Origin: an uncultured Gemmatimonadales bacterium
Lineage (GTDB): Bacteria; Gemmatimonadota; Gemmatimonadetes; Gemmatimonadales; Gemmatimonadaceae
DNA length: 64,000 nucleotides
Assembly: GCA_963850905.1 (NCBI GenBank)
Contig: CAWKMU010000003.1
Location: forward strand, 864,001 to 928,000
Reading direction: 5' to 3'
Shown here: positions 33,398 to 44,193 of the stretch, piece after piece
How the letters are laid out: the number at the start of each line of letters is the position of its first letter
How positions within the stretch are numbered: position 1 is the stretch's first letter
Translations under genes and position numbers: made by a program
The notes under the pieces: generated by a model
Told to the model about the DNA's origin: nothing
Database searches by the model: none
Seen by the model: only the letters and a program-made list of their open reading frames with translations

Positions 33398-35299
33398 TTA
33401 CGGCGCCGCGCGCGCCATTCGCCACGACACCGCGCACAATCCCCCGAACGTCAGCAATGCCCACACGGGCGATTGCAGAACGCCCCACCCGAGGCGTGTA
33501 CCGAGGTCCATTCGATCAAGACCGCCAGTGCTGGCGAGCACGGCGATGGCGATCGCGCAGATCGCGCCGCCGGCGATGAGGCCCGAGCTGTAGAGCACAC
33601 CAGGCCGGAAGGGGTCCTCCAGTCCAGTGGCCGTTTTGGGGCCGGCCCCTGCGGCAATGCCGGCACCCACGAGGAGGGTCGCCGTCGCAGAGAGCGGTAA
33701 GTACATGCCGACCGCAAATGGCAATGACCGCACGCCGGTGAGCTCGAGCACGAAGGCGATCACCACTCCGGCGAGCAACAGCGGCCAGCGCATCCGGTCG
33801 TTGAGCAAGCCGTCCACGAGGATCGACATGACCTGCGCCTGCGGCGCCGGCAGCAGCGCCGACCCGATTCGCTGCGTGTCGTTGAGCCACATCAGCGTAA
33901 AGCCAATGAGCAGTACCGACGTTAGGACGCCCACCAGCAAACCGAGTTGCTGGAGGCGGGGTGACGCCCCGACGAGGTACCCCGTCTTGAGGTCTTGTGC
34001 GGTGGTGCCGGCGTTCGATGCGGCGATGCAGACGACCGCGCCGATGCTGATCGCAATGATTTCGTACGCGTGCCCGGTCCAACCAGCGGCGACGAACAGC
34101 AGGCACGTCAACATCAGGACGGCGATGGTGATGCCCGAGATTGGATTCGCCGACGAGCCCATGATGCCGGTGATGCGCGCAGACACGACGACGAAGAAGA
34201 AGCCAAAGACCGCGACGAGCATCACCGCGACGCCTGCGCTGGCGGCGTGCGCGCCAAGCCTCCACACGAGCAGGGCGCCGAGTACGCCCAACATGGCAAC
34301 GGTCCCTCCCACGACGGTCCGAGCGCCGAGGTCCGCGTCCTGTGAGTTCGTGGTCTCAGTCGCCCCGCCTGCTCCCGGAGGCGCGCCGGACTGGCCCACG
34401 CCGGGTAGGGGCGACACCTGCGTCGCCTTGTGCCGGCGCAGCGATCGCCAGACGGTCGGCAGCGCTTCTACGACGAGTCGGACGCCGCCAGTGATCACGC
34501 CGCCGGCTCCGATGTAGCGAATGTAGCTCGACCAGATGTCGCCGGGGCTCATTTGCGCAATGGGAATGGTCGAGGGATAGATCGGTGTCGAGAGCTGCGC
34601 TCCGAAGAAGTAGATCAACGGAATCAGCACAACCGCCGACATGATCGACCCCGCGAAGATCACGCGCGCGACCGGCAGACCGATCAAGGCGCCAATGCCG
34701 AGCAACTCCGGCGAGAGATCGAGGCTCAGCGCCGCACCTCGCAGGCCGGGGATCGCCCATTCGAGCATCGATCGGGAGAGGTGCAGCGCGCTCACGGCAA
34801 GCTTGTAGAGCGCTCCGACCGCAAGCCCGAGGAACACCGGGCGCGCGAACGTGCCCCCGCGTTCGCCGGCGATCAGGATGTCCGCGCACGCGGTTCCCTC
34901 GGGGTAGGTGAGTCGACCGTGCTCTTCGACGACGAGGTGCCGCCGGAGCGGCACCATGAAGAGCACGCCGAGGATCCCGCCAACGAGCGCCAACCAGAAA
35001 ATGCGCCACAGCTCGAGCTGGTAGCCGAGGAAAAGGAGGGCCGGGAAGGTGTAGACCGCCCCGGCGGCGATGGACTCGCCCGCTGATCCGACGGTTTGGA
35101 CAATGTTCTGCTCGAGCACCGACGGCCGGCCAAGGCGCTTGAACAGCGTGATGGCGATGACGGCAATGGGAATCGACGCGCTGAAGTTGAGACCGACGCG
35201 CAGCGCGATGTAGACGGTAACCAGCCCAAAGACGACGCCGAGAACGGCGCCGAGCGCCACGGCCCGGACGGTGAGCTCCGCGTGGCGCACGCGCGGCAT
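33398..35299 (-). CDS. OPT family oligopeptide transporter
   Basis: ELTVRA, SASIP, EQNIVQT.GSAGE, YPEGTACA, QDLKTGYLVG, PAPQA. Confidence 0.93.
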   Translation of the reverse strand: MPRVRHAELTVRAVALGAVLGVVFGLVTVYIALRVGLNFSASIPIAVIAITLFKRLGRPSVLEQNIVQTVGSAGESIAAGAVYTFPALLFLGYQLELWRIFWLALVGGILGVLFMVPLRRHLVVEEHGRLTYPEGTACADILIAGERGGTFARPVFLGLAVGALYKLAVSALHLSRSMLEWAIPGLRGAALSLDLSPELLGIGALIGLPVARVIFAGSIMSAVVLIPLIYFFGAQLSTPIYPSTIPIAQMSPGDIWSSYIRYIGAGGVITGGVRLVVEALPTVWRSLRRHKATQVSPLPGVGQSGAPPGAGGATETTNSQDADLGARTVVGGTVAMLGVLGALLVWRLGAHAASAGVAVMLVAVFGFFFVVVSARITGIMGSSANPISGITIAVLMLTCLLFVAAGWTGHAYEIIAISIGAVVCIAASNAGTTAQDLKTGYLVGASPRLQQLGLLVGVLTSVLLIGFTLMWLNDTQRIGSALLPAPQAQVMSILVDGLLNDRMRWPLLLAGVVIAFVLELTGVRSLPFAVGMYLPLSATATLLVGAGIAAGAGPKTATGLEDPFRPGVLYSSGLIAGGAICAIAIAVLASTGGLDRMDLGTRLGWGVLQSPVWALLTFGGLCAVSWRMARAAP

Positions 35300-35304
35300 C
35301 TCGC

Positions 35305-36285
35305 CTACAGACGCAGTAGGCGAGACGCGTTGCCGCCGAGGATGGCGGCTCGATCGGGGTCCGGTATCGGCAGCGCCTTCAGACTCTGGAGCATGAGAGG
35401 TATGCTCCCGATCTGGTGCGGATAGTCGCTCCCCGCAAGCACGTGGTCGGCGCCGGCAAAGGCGACCCCGAGCTGGAGCGCACGGACGTCGAAATTCACG
35501 GTGTCGTAGTAAAAATCGCGCAGGTAGTCGCTCGGCGGCCGGTCAATGTGCACGCGGCACTCGCTGAACGCGTGAAAGCCGCGGTCCAACCGCTCGACGA
35601 GATACGGGATGGCGCCACCGAGATGCCCGAGTACCCAGCGGATGCGCGGGAAGCGTTCGGCGACGCCGCTGAACACGAGGCTTGACGCTGCCAGCGTCGT
35701 GTCGAAGAGGAAGCCGACGAGCGGCATCAACCAATACTCGCGCATCTGGTCGACGTTGATCGGATTCGTCGGATGTATGTGCAGAATCGCCTCGCGGTCG
35801 TTGGCGATTTCGTACAGCGGCCAGAACCGTTGGTCGCTCAGCATGACGCCGTTGACGTTGCTGAAGAGCATGGCGCCTCGGAATCCGAGAGCGGTGGTCG
35901 CCCGATCGAACTCCGCCGCCGCGGCCGCCGGATCGTTGAGCGGCAGAGTGGCCAGCGCGGCGAACCGGCCTCGTTTGGTTCGCACGACCTCGGCGAACGC
36001 ATCATTGACCACGCGCGAGAGTCGGAGCGCGACCGGCGGCGTTTCGACGTGGGTGCCAGGGGTGGTCAGGGAGATCACTTGCGTGTCGACGCCGTGCTCG
36101 ATCAGGACCTGCTCGCGATAGTCGATGTCCCGGTGGCCGGGAACCGCGACGTTGTAGTCGCCCGGGTAGTGCAGGCAGGGATTCCCGTGGCTGTCCGTGG
36201 TGATACGCACCACACTTGGGCCCGCGCGCAACGCGTCGAGATAGGCAGGTGGATAGTAGTGGTCGTGGAAGTCGATGATGGGCAT
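35305..36285 (-). CDS. Amidohydrolase_2 family decarboxylase/hydratase (ACMSD-like)
   Basis: IDFHDH, HIHP, HLGGAIPY..R, YYDT, GSDYPH. Confidence 0.88.
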   Translation of the reverse strand: MPIIDFHDHYYPPAYLDALRAGPSVVRITTDSHGNPCLHYPGDYNVAVPGHRDIDYREQVLIEHGVDTQVISLTTPGTHVETPPVALRLSRVVNDAFAEVVRTKRGRFAALATLPLNDPAAAAAEFDRATTALGFRGAMLFSNVNGVMLSDQRFWPLYEIANDREAILHIHPTNPINVDQMREYWLMPLVGFLFDTTLAASSLVFSGVAERFPRIRWVLGHLGGAIPYLVERLDRGFHAFSECRVHIDRPPSDYLRDFYYDTVNFDVRALQLGVAFAGADHVLAGSDYPHQIGSIPLMLQSLKALPIPDPDRAAILGGNASRLLRL

Positions 36286-36350
36286 TGGCGGGAGAGGGGG
36301 AAGGTGTGCACCAGAAGTAGCACAGTGACCCCCCGGGCGCAAAGCGCCGG

Positions 36351-36422
36351 AGAGAGTAGAAGCACAGAAAGTAGACGAGGACCGCCCGGTCTACTTTCTA
36401 CTCTCTAGAGGTCTACTTTCTC
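36351..36422. repeat. Heptamer palindrome, AGAAAGT type
   Basis: AGAGAGTAGAAGCACAGAAAGTAGAC ... GTCTACTTTCTACTCTCT. Confidence 0.75.
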
Positions 36423-36448
36423 GGGCGCGTTAGCGCCCGCCGCGTGCG

Positions 36449-39400
36449 CTAGCCCGCCCGCCGCATCGGGCCGGGCGTTGCCCTCACCACATCGATCAGT
36501 TCCGCCGGGTAGCCACGTAGCGTTTCCATCCGAATCGCCGTGAACACGCGGATCGCCGCTGGTGTCGGCAGGAGGCCCACACACTGGTTCCGGCCGAAGT
36601 CTTTCGCGAGATACAGCGCGTGATCCGCCAGCTCGATCACGTTCTCCATCGTCAACGGGTCTCCCGCGCCGCTGATCCAGGGGAACGGCGCCCAACCGAC
36701 CGAGCAGGTTTTGTAGAGCCGAATCCCGGCGCCGAGGTCGAACGGCTCCGCGCACACCTCTTCGATGATGCGCTTGGCCAGCAAGACTCCGGAGGAGCGG
36801 TCGGTGCCGCGGCAGATCATCAAAAACTCTTCGCCGCCCCATCGAATGAGCACGTCGGAAGTACGCATCCACCGCGACAGACGATCCGCAAAAGCCTGCA
36901 GTAGGCGATCACCGACCGCGTGCCCGTACACGTCGTTCACGACTTTGAAGGCGTCGATGTCGACCATGAGCAGCAATAATTCGCCGCCATATTCTGGCCG
37001 GACGCCGCCGGGACTCGCGCTCCACGCTCGTCGGACGTGAGCGACTTCGCCTTCGATGATCTCCTGGAAGTACCGCCGATTGCGGAGTCGGGTCAGGGGA
37101 TCGGTGAGCGACATCTCGTGCAGCTCACGATTCTTGTCCACGAGCTCCGCGTTACGCGCGGCGACCGCCTGCTCGAGCTCCCGCCGCCGCATTTCGAGCG
37201 CGCGGGTGCGCAACCGTATCAGACCCCAGATGAGAGCCCACGCGATCGCCCCCTCCGCGAGTCGCGCCATCCAAGTGTCCCACCATGCTGGCGCGATGAC
37301 AAATCGAAAGGAGGCCGGCACCTGCGTCCACCCCGATGACTCCCGCCGGCACATGATGAGAAGCTCGTAGTGCCCCGGAGGCAGCGCCGGATACCGGATG
37401 TCGCGCGCGCTCGCGAGCGTGAAGGCGGTCTCGAATGGCGCGAGTCGGTGCTGGCACTCGACTTGGTCCGGGTTGCTCAGCGTGAGTGGCGTGAACGAGA
37501 CATCGAGTGTACCCGCATCGTGCGCGACTTCGCCGGGTGTGTCGAGGCGTTGCTCGCGGCCCCCGAGCGACGCGCTGGTGATCGCGACACCGGGCGCCGC
37601 CGGATGCGTCAGCTCCGCGTCCGGCGCAAATCGGGCCAGCCCTCGTGACGTCGCGATCATGAAGCTGCCGTCGTCCTCCTCGCGTACACCATCGGGACCG
37701 ACGTCGTCCCAGATGAGCCCGTCCGAGTGATTCAGTGTGCGGAGATCACCATCGGGCGCGACGACCGACAGGCCGTTCCGACCGTTGAACCACACACGCC
37801 CCTTCGAGTCGGCGGCGACGACCGCGAGCTCCCACGGATATTGCTGTGCGCGCACGGCACCCCGCGCGTCCAGCTTCAGGTGTGTGACCTGCGGCACGTC
37901 GTTGTACCCCACCCAGACGTCCCGATCGTCGAGTGCAACGATGCTCGTCACCGCCCTGCCCGCGATGCCATCGACCGCCGTGAACACCCTCCACTTCGCG
38001 CCGTCGAAGCGAGCCACCGTTCCGTTGCCCGTCGCCCAGAGCACGCCGTTGGGCGCAAAGTGCATGTACCAGACCTGAGCCTGCATCGCGTCTGGCAACG
38101 GCACGACAATGGGATGGGGCGCCGCGAATCGAGGATCGAATCGCACGAGCTTGTAGCGCGTCGTCGCCCAGATCGTTCCGTCCGGAGCCACTGCCTCGTA
38201 CAAGTAGGGTTTCTGATCGAAGGCGCGTGAGGTGACCATGTGCAGTGTCACGGGATCAATCCGAATGAGCCCGCCTGTCGGCGACATTGCCCAGATCGAT
38301 CCGTCGTGCGCGACGGCCAGTTGGTCAACCTCCTGATCGGCGTTACCCGCACGGTCACGCGGGCGAAGCCAACGATGATGCGCCGGATCCCACACGCCGA
38401 TCCCCTGCGACGTCCCGACCCAGAGCCGCCCGAAACGATCGCGTACGGTCGACCAGGTCGTGTTCGCCGGTAAACCCTCAGCAGTCGTCCAGGCAGCCCA
38501 ATTGCGCATGCCGACCACGCGATCGAGACCAGTTCCAAACTCGCCCAACCACAAGGCGCCTTCCCGGTCCTCGAGGGCGATTTGGACGCCGTTGCCCGTG
38601 AGACCCTGCGTTTCGGAGATGCACCGCCACCGATCCCGATCGCGCCAGAACAGGCCCGCCACCGACGGGATCAACACATGCCCCTCGCGATCGAGACTCG
38701 GCTTGCCGAACACAGGGTTCGCCGGCGCGACACCAGCATCATCAAATGTGACGGTGTGGTGCGCAACATCAATGCGGGCGACGTGCGGCGCAGTGCGCAG
38801 CCACAGCTCGTGCGCCGTATCGAAGATCAATCCGAGGTACGGACCTTCAGGTAACACGATGGTCGAGTCGATCGTGAACGTGGTTGATCCAGGCTGGAAG
38901 TGACCAAGCCGTCGACCGGCGGTGAACCACACCACGTCGTCGGGACCGAGCACCAGCATCCCTGCTTCGCCCGGCAGTCCGCGTGTAGCATCCAGGACCT
39001 GTACCGGTTGGGCCGGGTCGCGTGGGATGAAGACAATCCCCTGCTCAGACGCGACATACGCGTTGCCGGCCCGGTCGATCGCGAATGCCTGGCTCGATCG
39101 GTTGATACCGTGCACCGAGCGTGGCAGGCGGAGCGGAACGAACCGGCCGCCCGTGTAGTGTGCGATCCCCAGAAACCCCTTGAACCACAGGGAGCTGTCC
39201 GGTCCGACCAGCATGTCATCTACGTAGTGACCGACCAAGGCGTCGGTTCCTGTCATCTGCTGGACCCGCGAACCATCGTACCTGAACACACCAGTCTGCG
39301 TCGCGATCCAGAGCGCGCCCGATCGATCCTGTGCCAGACCGTTGACCGCCGCGACGCCCAGGCCGAAACGATCGCCGAAGTGTTGCACCGTGTAGCGCGC

Positions 39401-39739
39401 CCCATCGGGGAATCCGAGGGACGTACCGTGCGTGGCGGGCTCGCCTGGCGCCAAAGACTGCGGCGTCCTGGGGGAGGGCGGCGCAGCCTGCGGAGCGGGG
39501 GATCGCCCAGCCGGTGTCTGAGGAGTGGCCAAGTGGGGCCAGCCTGACGGCCAGCTCGCCATCGCCAATGCGGCGACGAGCAGTGCCGAACGCCTCGGCC
39601 CGCGCGGCGCAGCGGTGGTGGGCCTCTCGGCGCTCAGGCGACCCCCTGCGGGGCGGCTCCCCACGCGACGCCCCGCGGCGTCGGCTGGGGGGCCCGGTGG
39701 CCCGGCACATCGACCCGGCCAAGAAAGAAAAAATCCCAT
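36449..39739 (-). CDS. Sensor diguanylate cyclase (periplasmic propeller, Y_Y_Y, TM, GGDEF; start uncertain)
   Basis: D..G.LW propeller repeats, Y.ALPPGHY, PAWW, SLTDPLT, DID.FK.VND.YGH..GD, RWGGEEF. Confidence 0.9.
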   Translation of the reverse strand: MGFFLSWPGRCAGPPGPPADAAGRRVGSRPAGGRLSAERPTTAAPRGPRRSALLVAALAMASWPSGWPHLATPQTPAGRSPAPQAAPPSPRTPQSLAPGEPATHGTSLGFPDGARYTVQHFGDRFGLGVAAVNGLAQDRSGALWIATQTGVFRYDGSRVQQMTGTDALVGHYVDDMLVGPDSSLWFKGFLGIAHYTGGRFVPLRLPRSVHGINRSSQAFAIDRAGNAYVASEQGIVFIPRDPAQPVQVLDATRGLPGEAGMLVLGPDDVVWFTAGRRLGHFQPGSTTFTIDSTIVLPEGPYLGLIFDTAHELWLRTAPHVARIDVAHHTVTFDDAGVAPANPVFGKPSLDREGHVLIPSVAGLFWRDRDRWRCISETQGLTGNGVQIALEDREGALWLGEFGTGLDRVVGMRNWAAWTTAEGLPANTTWSTVRDRFGRLWVGTSQGIGVWDPAHHRWLRPRDRAGNADQEVDQLAVAHDGSIWAMSPTGGLIRIDPVTLHMVTSRAFDQKPYLYEAVAPDGTIWATTRYKLVRFDPRFAAPHPIVVPLPDAMQAQVWYMHFAPNGVLWATGNGTVARFDGAKWRVFTAVDGIAGRAVTSIVALDDRDVWVGYNDVPQVTHLKLDARGAVRAQQYPWELAVVAADSKGRVWFNGRNGLSVVAPDGDLRTLNHSDGLIWDDVGPDGVREEDDGSFMIATSRGLARFAPDAELTHPAAPGVAITSASLGGREQRLDTPGEVAHDAGTLDVSFTPLTLSNPDQVECQHRLAPFETAFTLASARDIRYPALPPGHYELLIMCRRESSGWTQVPASFRFVIAPAWWDTWMARLAEGAIAWALIWGLIRLRTRALEMRRRELEQAVAARNAELVDKNRELHEMSLTDPLTRLRNRRYFQEIIEGEVAHVRRAWSASPGGVRPEYGGELLLLMVDIDAFKVVNDVYGHAVGDRLLQAFADRLSRWMRTSDVLIRWGGEEFLMICRGTDRSSGVLLAKRIIEEVCAEPFDLGAGIRLYKTCSVGWAPFPWISGAGDPLTMENVIELADHALYLAKDFGRNQCVGLLPTPAAIRVFTAIRMETLRGYPAELIDVVRATPGPMRRAG

Positions 39740-39827
39740 TGCCTTAGGAGGACGAGGCAAGGGACACACGAGTGACGAGCCAGAACGGCCCGCGCGCGTT
39801 GCGCGGGCCGTTCTCAACGCGGAGGCG

Positions 39828-40418
39828 CTAGATGGTCATCCCGAAGGTGAACGGCGCGAACGACGTATGGCCGCCAGGTGTTTGCTCAACGCCTGCGAAG
39901 ATGTAGTGGTAGCGCCATTCCGCGAAGAAGCCGAACATGCCAAACCCGGACCGGAGGCCCAGCCCGCCGTTGATGCCAAATCCATTCATCAGGTACTGGA
40001 TCTCCGTGGGATCGCCCGGCGCGGCCTGCGGATTGAAAGCTTGCCCCGTCAGGTGGTAGTAACCCCCTCCACCGATCAGATATGGATGAATGATCGGGAT
40101 CGGAAACGTGTACACAGCGTTTGCCGTTGCGCTGTACACGCGATTCTGATAGACGCTGAGAAGCGTCGAGAACTGGTTGTACATCCCTTCGACCCGAACC
40201 GACACAGGCAGCACCGGCATCGAGACCGAAAATCCGGCGACAATGTTATATCCCAGACCGTTGTAGGCCGTCCCGTCTGGCAAGTTGCCGCGGAACGTGC
40301 CGCCGGCTCCAAACACGAGCCCGACCTGGCCAATGTCCTGAGCGTTGGCAGGTCGAATCGCCGGAATCAGCGCTGCAGCCGTGAACACCGCGCCCCACAC
40401 CATACGCCGTATCCGCAT
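39828..40418 (-). CDS. Small outer-membrane beta-barrel protein
   Basis: Signal peptide; PYLIGGGG, GINGGLG, FFAEWRY. Confidence 0.75.
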   Translation of the reverse strand: MRIRRMVWGAVFTAAALIPAIRPANAQDIGQVGLVFGAGGTFRGNLPDGTAYNGLGYNIVAGFSVSMPVLPVSVRVEGMYNQFSTLLSVYQNRVYSATANAVYTFPIPIIHPYLIGGGGYYHLTGQAFNPQAAPGDPTEIQYLMNGFGINGGLGLRSGFGMFGFFAEWRYHYIFAGVEQTPGGHTSFAPFTFGMTI

Positions 40419-40543
40419 AGCTGTCCCACCCCCCGTTGGAGTGTTCGCCGTTCGGCCACAGGCGAGCGACCTCAGTCCGTGAGGCCCGGCCCCCGCAGCA
40501 GAACAAGCGGAATCTACGCCGCCTTTGCTACCCGGGACGAGAA

Positions 40544-41134
40544 TCAAGGGTCCTTGGAAACGGGTCCGGGCTCGACCGGCTCGGCGCTGACGGCGCGTGC
40601 GACGAGCTCGGGCAGAACACCGATGTTGGTCACGAGAGCGTCCGGGAGCTGGTGCCGCTCCCGAAGATATTCCGCGTCGTTGTATGCAAGCCAGACCGCG
40701 CCCGCGGCGTCTTCGAAGATCAGGACGCGCAGCGGCAGGTCGAGAGCGACCGTCGGGGCCGCAGCGACGAGCCGCGTCCCCGTCCGGGCGTTCCCAAACA
40801 CGATCTGGCGCATTGGCCGCATAGACAGTCCCGCCCGTCCTGCATCCCCGGCGAAATCAATGTCCCCCAGGATGTCGAAGCCACGTCCTTGCACGAGCGC
40901 CGTGAGTCGCCGTGCCGTTTCTCGCACCGAGTGTTGGCTCGTCTGGCGCACGAGCCCGTAGATCGCCGTCACTGCCGGCGGCAGCGGAATTGCCGACTGC
41001 GATGTGCGACCCAACGGCCCGCTCCAGGGTTCGGCAGGCCGAGGACCGAGCGGCTCGACTGGCGGAGGCGGTGGGTGGCCCTTCACCGCTGGAGGGCTGT
41101 GTGCGCGCTCTTTCGGATCCATGGCGTCGGCCAT
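40544..41134 (-). CDS. DUF302 domain protein
   Basis: GF.I...ID.A..A, IVFGN...GT.L, ALDLPLRVLI. Confidence 0.85.
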   Translation of the reverse strand: MADAMDPKERAHSPPAVKGHPPPPPVEPLGPRPAEPWSGPLGRTSQSAIPLPPAVTAIYGLVRQTSQHSVRETARRLTALVQGRGFDILGDIDFAGDAGRAGLSMRPMRQIVFGNARTGTRLVAAAPTVALDLPLRVLIFEDAAGAVWLAYNDAEYLRERHQLPDALVTNIGVLPELVARAVSAEPVEPGPVSKDP

Positions 41135-41174
41135 TCGCAGGCTCGCAGTGCCGGTGAGATGGATTTATAGGTTA

Positions 41175-41316
41175 TGGACGTTAGACGCCAGACGCTGGAC
41201 GCTGGAGACAAACCTCGACGCCGGCTTGATGCACCGTGGCCGGCTTTGAGGTTTGTCTCTACCGTCCAGCGTCTACCGTCCAGCGTCTAGCGTCCAGCCG
41301 TCCAGCGTCCAGCCCC
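41175..41316. repeat. Palindromic intergenic element, GACGCTR type
   Basis: (GACGYYR)n ACAAACCTCGA.GCCGGC..ATGCAC..GCCGGC.TTGAGGTTTGT (CGTCYAS)n. Confidence 0.9.
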
Positions 41317-43824
41317 TCACATCCTGAACAGGTAACTGAACTTCACGAAGAAGCTGTCGGCCGACCGGGTGAGCGTCAGGAAATGGAAGGAGACGGGCTC
41401 GGTGAGGTTGTTCCCGTACCCGGCAAAGACGACCGTGCCGGGCACCGGCTGGTAGGCGAACAACCCCTGCACCTCGAACGTGTTCGTCGTCGTCCGCACG
41501 GCTGGCGAGAGGATACCGGTGTTGGGGTCCTCGATGTAAATGGGAAGCTCGGTGCGAGAAGCATCCCGCAGATTGTCCACGTACTGCGCGTCGTACTGCC
41601 CCACGAGGCGGAAGAAAATCGGGCGCGAGATCTGGTACTCGATGTCGAGCCGCGGGATCCGTGTTTGTCCGACCACCGAATGGTCGCTGCGCCGCTGATA
41701 GACCTGCGCGTTGTAGAGGAATTGCGCCCGCAGCTGCGGCGTTGGCCGCCAATCGACGGTGAGCCCCACGTCGTAGATGTTTGCGGATGCCCACTCGAAG
41801 AAGTTCTCGTCGCGGCAGGTGACGTAGTTGATCTTGAAGTCGACGTGCGCGAACGCCGGACTCTGTACGGCAACCGAGCAGTCGGTGTTGGGGATTTGCG
41901 ACGTGCCGACGAAATGCGAGAATGTCGTATCGTGGCCAGAGATGTGGGCGAGATAGTAGTACTGGTAGAGCTGTGGGTCGTAGCCGAAATGCTCGAGGAA
42001 GATCCCGGCGGTCAGCTGCCAGCCGCCGAAAAGCGTGGCAAGCCCCGTGAAATGGAACTTGCGATCCTCGGTCGGGCCGCCGTCGGTGAAATTGCGGTAG
42101 GTCCAGATGTTCACGAAGGTGAAATCGGGCGTGAAGGTCTGGAGAAAGAGACCGGGCCGGAAATAGAACGTGTACCGACTGTCGGCAGTCAGATTCACGA
42201 TGCCCGCGCGGCTCACGAACCCGGCGCCTGGCAGCCACTCGGGGTCGATGCCATTGATGTCGTAGTTCAATCCCAGGCTGCGTCCTGCGCGAATGAAGTG
42301 GGCGTCCCACAGCGGGCCCGCACCGTGCGACGTCGCGGCGGGGAGCGTGTCCGCGATAAACGGCGTGTTGGTACGCTCGACGCTCGCCGCACCCTGCAGC
42401 GCCAGCGAGTAGATCTTGTTCCATGTGAATCGCGTGTCGATGCCCGCGACGCGGTTGAAGGAGCCGCCGTCTTCCTTGTCCGTGAAGGTGAAGCCGATCT
42501 GCGATGCTTCACCGAGATCCGTTAGCGCCCGGAGCACGTTGAACAACGGATGGCCGCCACCGCCTGCGAACGGGTTGCCTTCGTCGTCGAGCGCGCCCAG
42601 ATACGCCACATTGAGGTCGCCGATCTTGCCGGTCAGCTTGGCCGCGCCGATCGGCGCGACGACCTGCCGAGTGTAGATCAGGTTGTTCGGCACGCTGAAC
42701 TGGTCGATGCCGTCGAGGAAGAAGGGCCGCTTCTCCGGATACTGGATGGCTTGGCGTGGGTCGTACGACAGCTGCGTCACATCCGACTCGACTTCCGCGA
42801 AGTCGGGACGGAACGTGCCGTCGAGGACCAGGTTGTTGGTGACGCCATAGCGCACGTTGCCACCCACCTGCGGCCGCTCGACGTTGTACTGCCACCCGGG
42901 CGTGGCGGTCACCGGCGGGTTGCCGAGCGTTTTCTCCGTCACGATCGGGTTGAGATCCAGCACGAGGCCCGCCTGCAGGCCCGTCAGTCCGACCAGCGTG
43001 CCCGACTGCGCGAGGAAGGATGCCGACGCAATACGCGTCGGTACCCACGTATCCATCTCCGCCGAATGCTGCACGTTGCGGACGATATTGATCCCCCAAT
43101 CTTGAGGATCCTTCTGCTGGAACTTCAGGCTGCGAAACGGGATCCGCACCTCGATCTCATAGCCGTACGGCGTCAGCTGCCCCTTCGATTCGTAGACATA
43201 GTCCGCGCTGAGATCCACTGGCGGCGGTCCCGTTGCGGCAACGTTGTAGCCCGTGGCGAGGACGCCTTCCGTGATCGTGCCATCCTCCTGGACCCCAAAT
43301 GGATTGACGCCAAAAAGAATCGCATGCCGCCCGTGGACGAACGGCGTGAGGATGATCTCGACATTGTCATCGCCGTCGATCTGATCTCGGTTGGCGAGCG
43401 TCGCATGCACCCGACCGTGGGCCTCGAACGCACGGATCCCGAAGTAGATCGCCGACGGGCTGTACCAGACCAGCACCTCGGTCGAATCGCTGGCTGGCCG
43501 CCCGTCAATCGGGAAGTACTCCGAGAAACCGGTGAGCAGGGCGGCCTGTTGCCACACCGGCGCGGCCAGCGTGCCGTCGACGGGGATGTCGGCGGCCAGC
43601 CGCGGGATCCGGGCAGCGAGGTGGTTGGCGCGACCGTCGTACACCGCTCCGGTCGCCCGCGCAACCCCAACTGCAGCACCCGGCCCTGGCGGCGGTTCTG
43701 AGCCCGAACCACGGACAGATGTGACGACCGTCGCGGTCGTGTCTGCGGGGACACCCGTTTGCTGGGCAGCGGCGACCGAGGCCGTGGCGAGCGCCGCGGC
43801 CGTCAAGAGAATACGAATAGGCAC
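41317..43824 (-). CDS. CBM9-like plus DUF5916 outer-membrane protein
   Basis: DG.L...VW, EVRIPFRSL.F, PDFAEVESD, YPEKRPFFL, C-terminal FFVKFSYLF. Confidence 0.88.
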   Translation of the reverse strand: MPIRILLTAAALATASVAAAQQTGVPADTTATVVTSVRGSGSEPPPGPGAAVGVARATGAVYDGRANHLAARIPRLAADIPVDGTLAAPVWQQAALLTGFSEYFPIDGRPASDSTEVLVWYSPSAIYFGIRAFEAHGRVHATLANRDQIDGDDNVEIILTPFVHGRHAILFGVNPFGVQEDGTITEGVLATGYNVAATGPPPVDLSADYVYESKGQLTPYGYEIEVRIPFRSLKFQQKDPQDWGINIVRNVQHSAEMDTWVPTRIASASFLAQSGTLVGLTGLQAGLVLDLNPIVTEKTLGNPPVTATPGWQYNVERPQVGGNVRYGVTNNLVLDGTFRPDFAEVESDVTQLSYDPRQAIQYPEKRPFFLDGIDQFSVPNNLIYTRQVVAPIGAAKLTGKIGDLNVAYLGALDDEGNPFAGGGGHPLFNVLRALTDLGEASQIGFTFTDKEDGGSFNRVAGIDTRFTWNKIYSLALQGAASVERTNTPFIADTLPAATSHGAGPLWDAHFIRAGRSLGLNYDINGIDPEWLPGAGFVSRAGIVNLTADSRYTFYFRPGLFLQTFTPDFTFVNIWTYRNFTDGGPTEDRKFHFTGLATLFGGWQLTAGIFLEHFGYDPQLYQYYYLAHISGHDTTFSHFVGTSQIPNTDCSVAVQSPAFAHVDFKINYVTCRDENFFEWASANIYDVGLTVDWRPTPQLRAQFLYNAQVYQRRSDHSVVGQTRIPRLDIEYQISRPIFFRLVGQYDAQYVDNLRDASRTELPIYIEDPNTGILSPAVRTTTNTFEVQGLFAYQPVPGTVVFAGYGNNLTEPVSFHFLTLTRSADSFFVKFSYLFRM

Positions 43825-44193
43825 GTGGTAACGAAAATACGCGACGACGTCCCGGCGCGCGTGGAACCGTGCGGCGGCAACCGGGTCCCAGCGGTGGACG
43901 GACGGCCCACGATCGGCCCGCCCTTCGCCCGGTCGGCGCCACACATCCCGGCTCTGACCGTCTGGCGCTTTGGATCGTCCCCCTTCGCAACCCGCAGCCT
44001 GGCGGTGCAATCTGCAGGCAAGATGCGCTACCATCATGGCGCAGGTCTTCGAGCTCGTCCGTCGCGCTCGCATCAATCGTGCATAGAGGATGGAGGAGTG
44101 AACGCCGTCGGCCGACGCGACAAAGAGGACCGTCGAGGACCGCGAGCCGACGACCAGAGTGACCAACCAATGAGGAACGAGGAGCAGACACCC

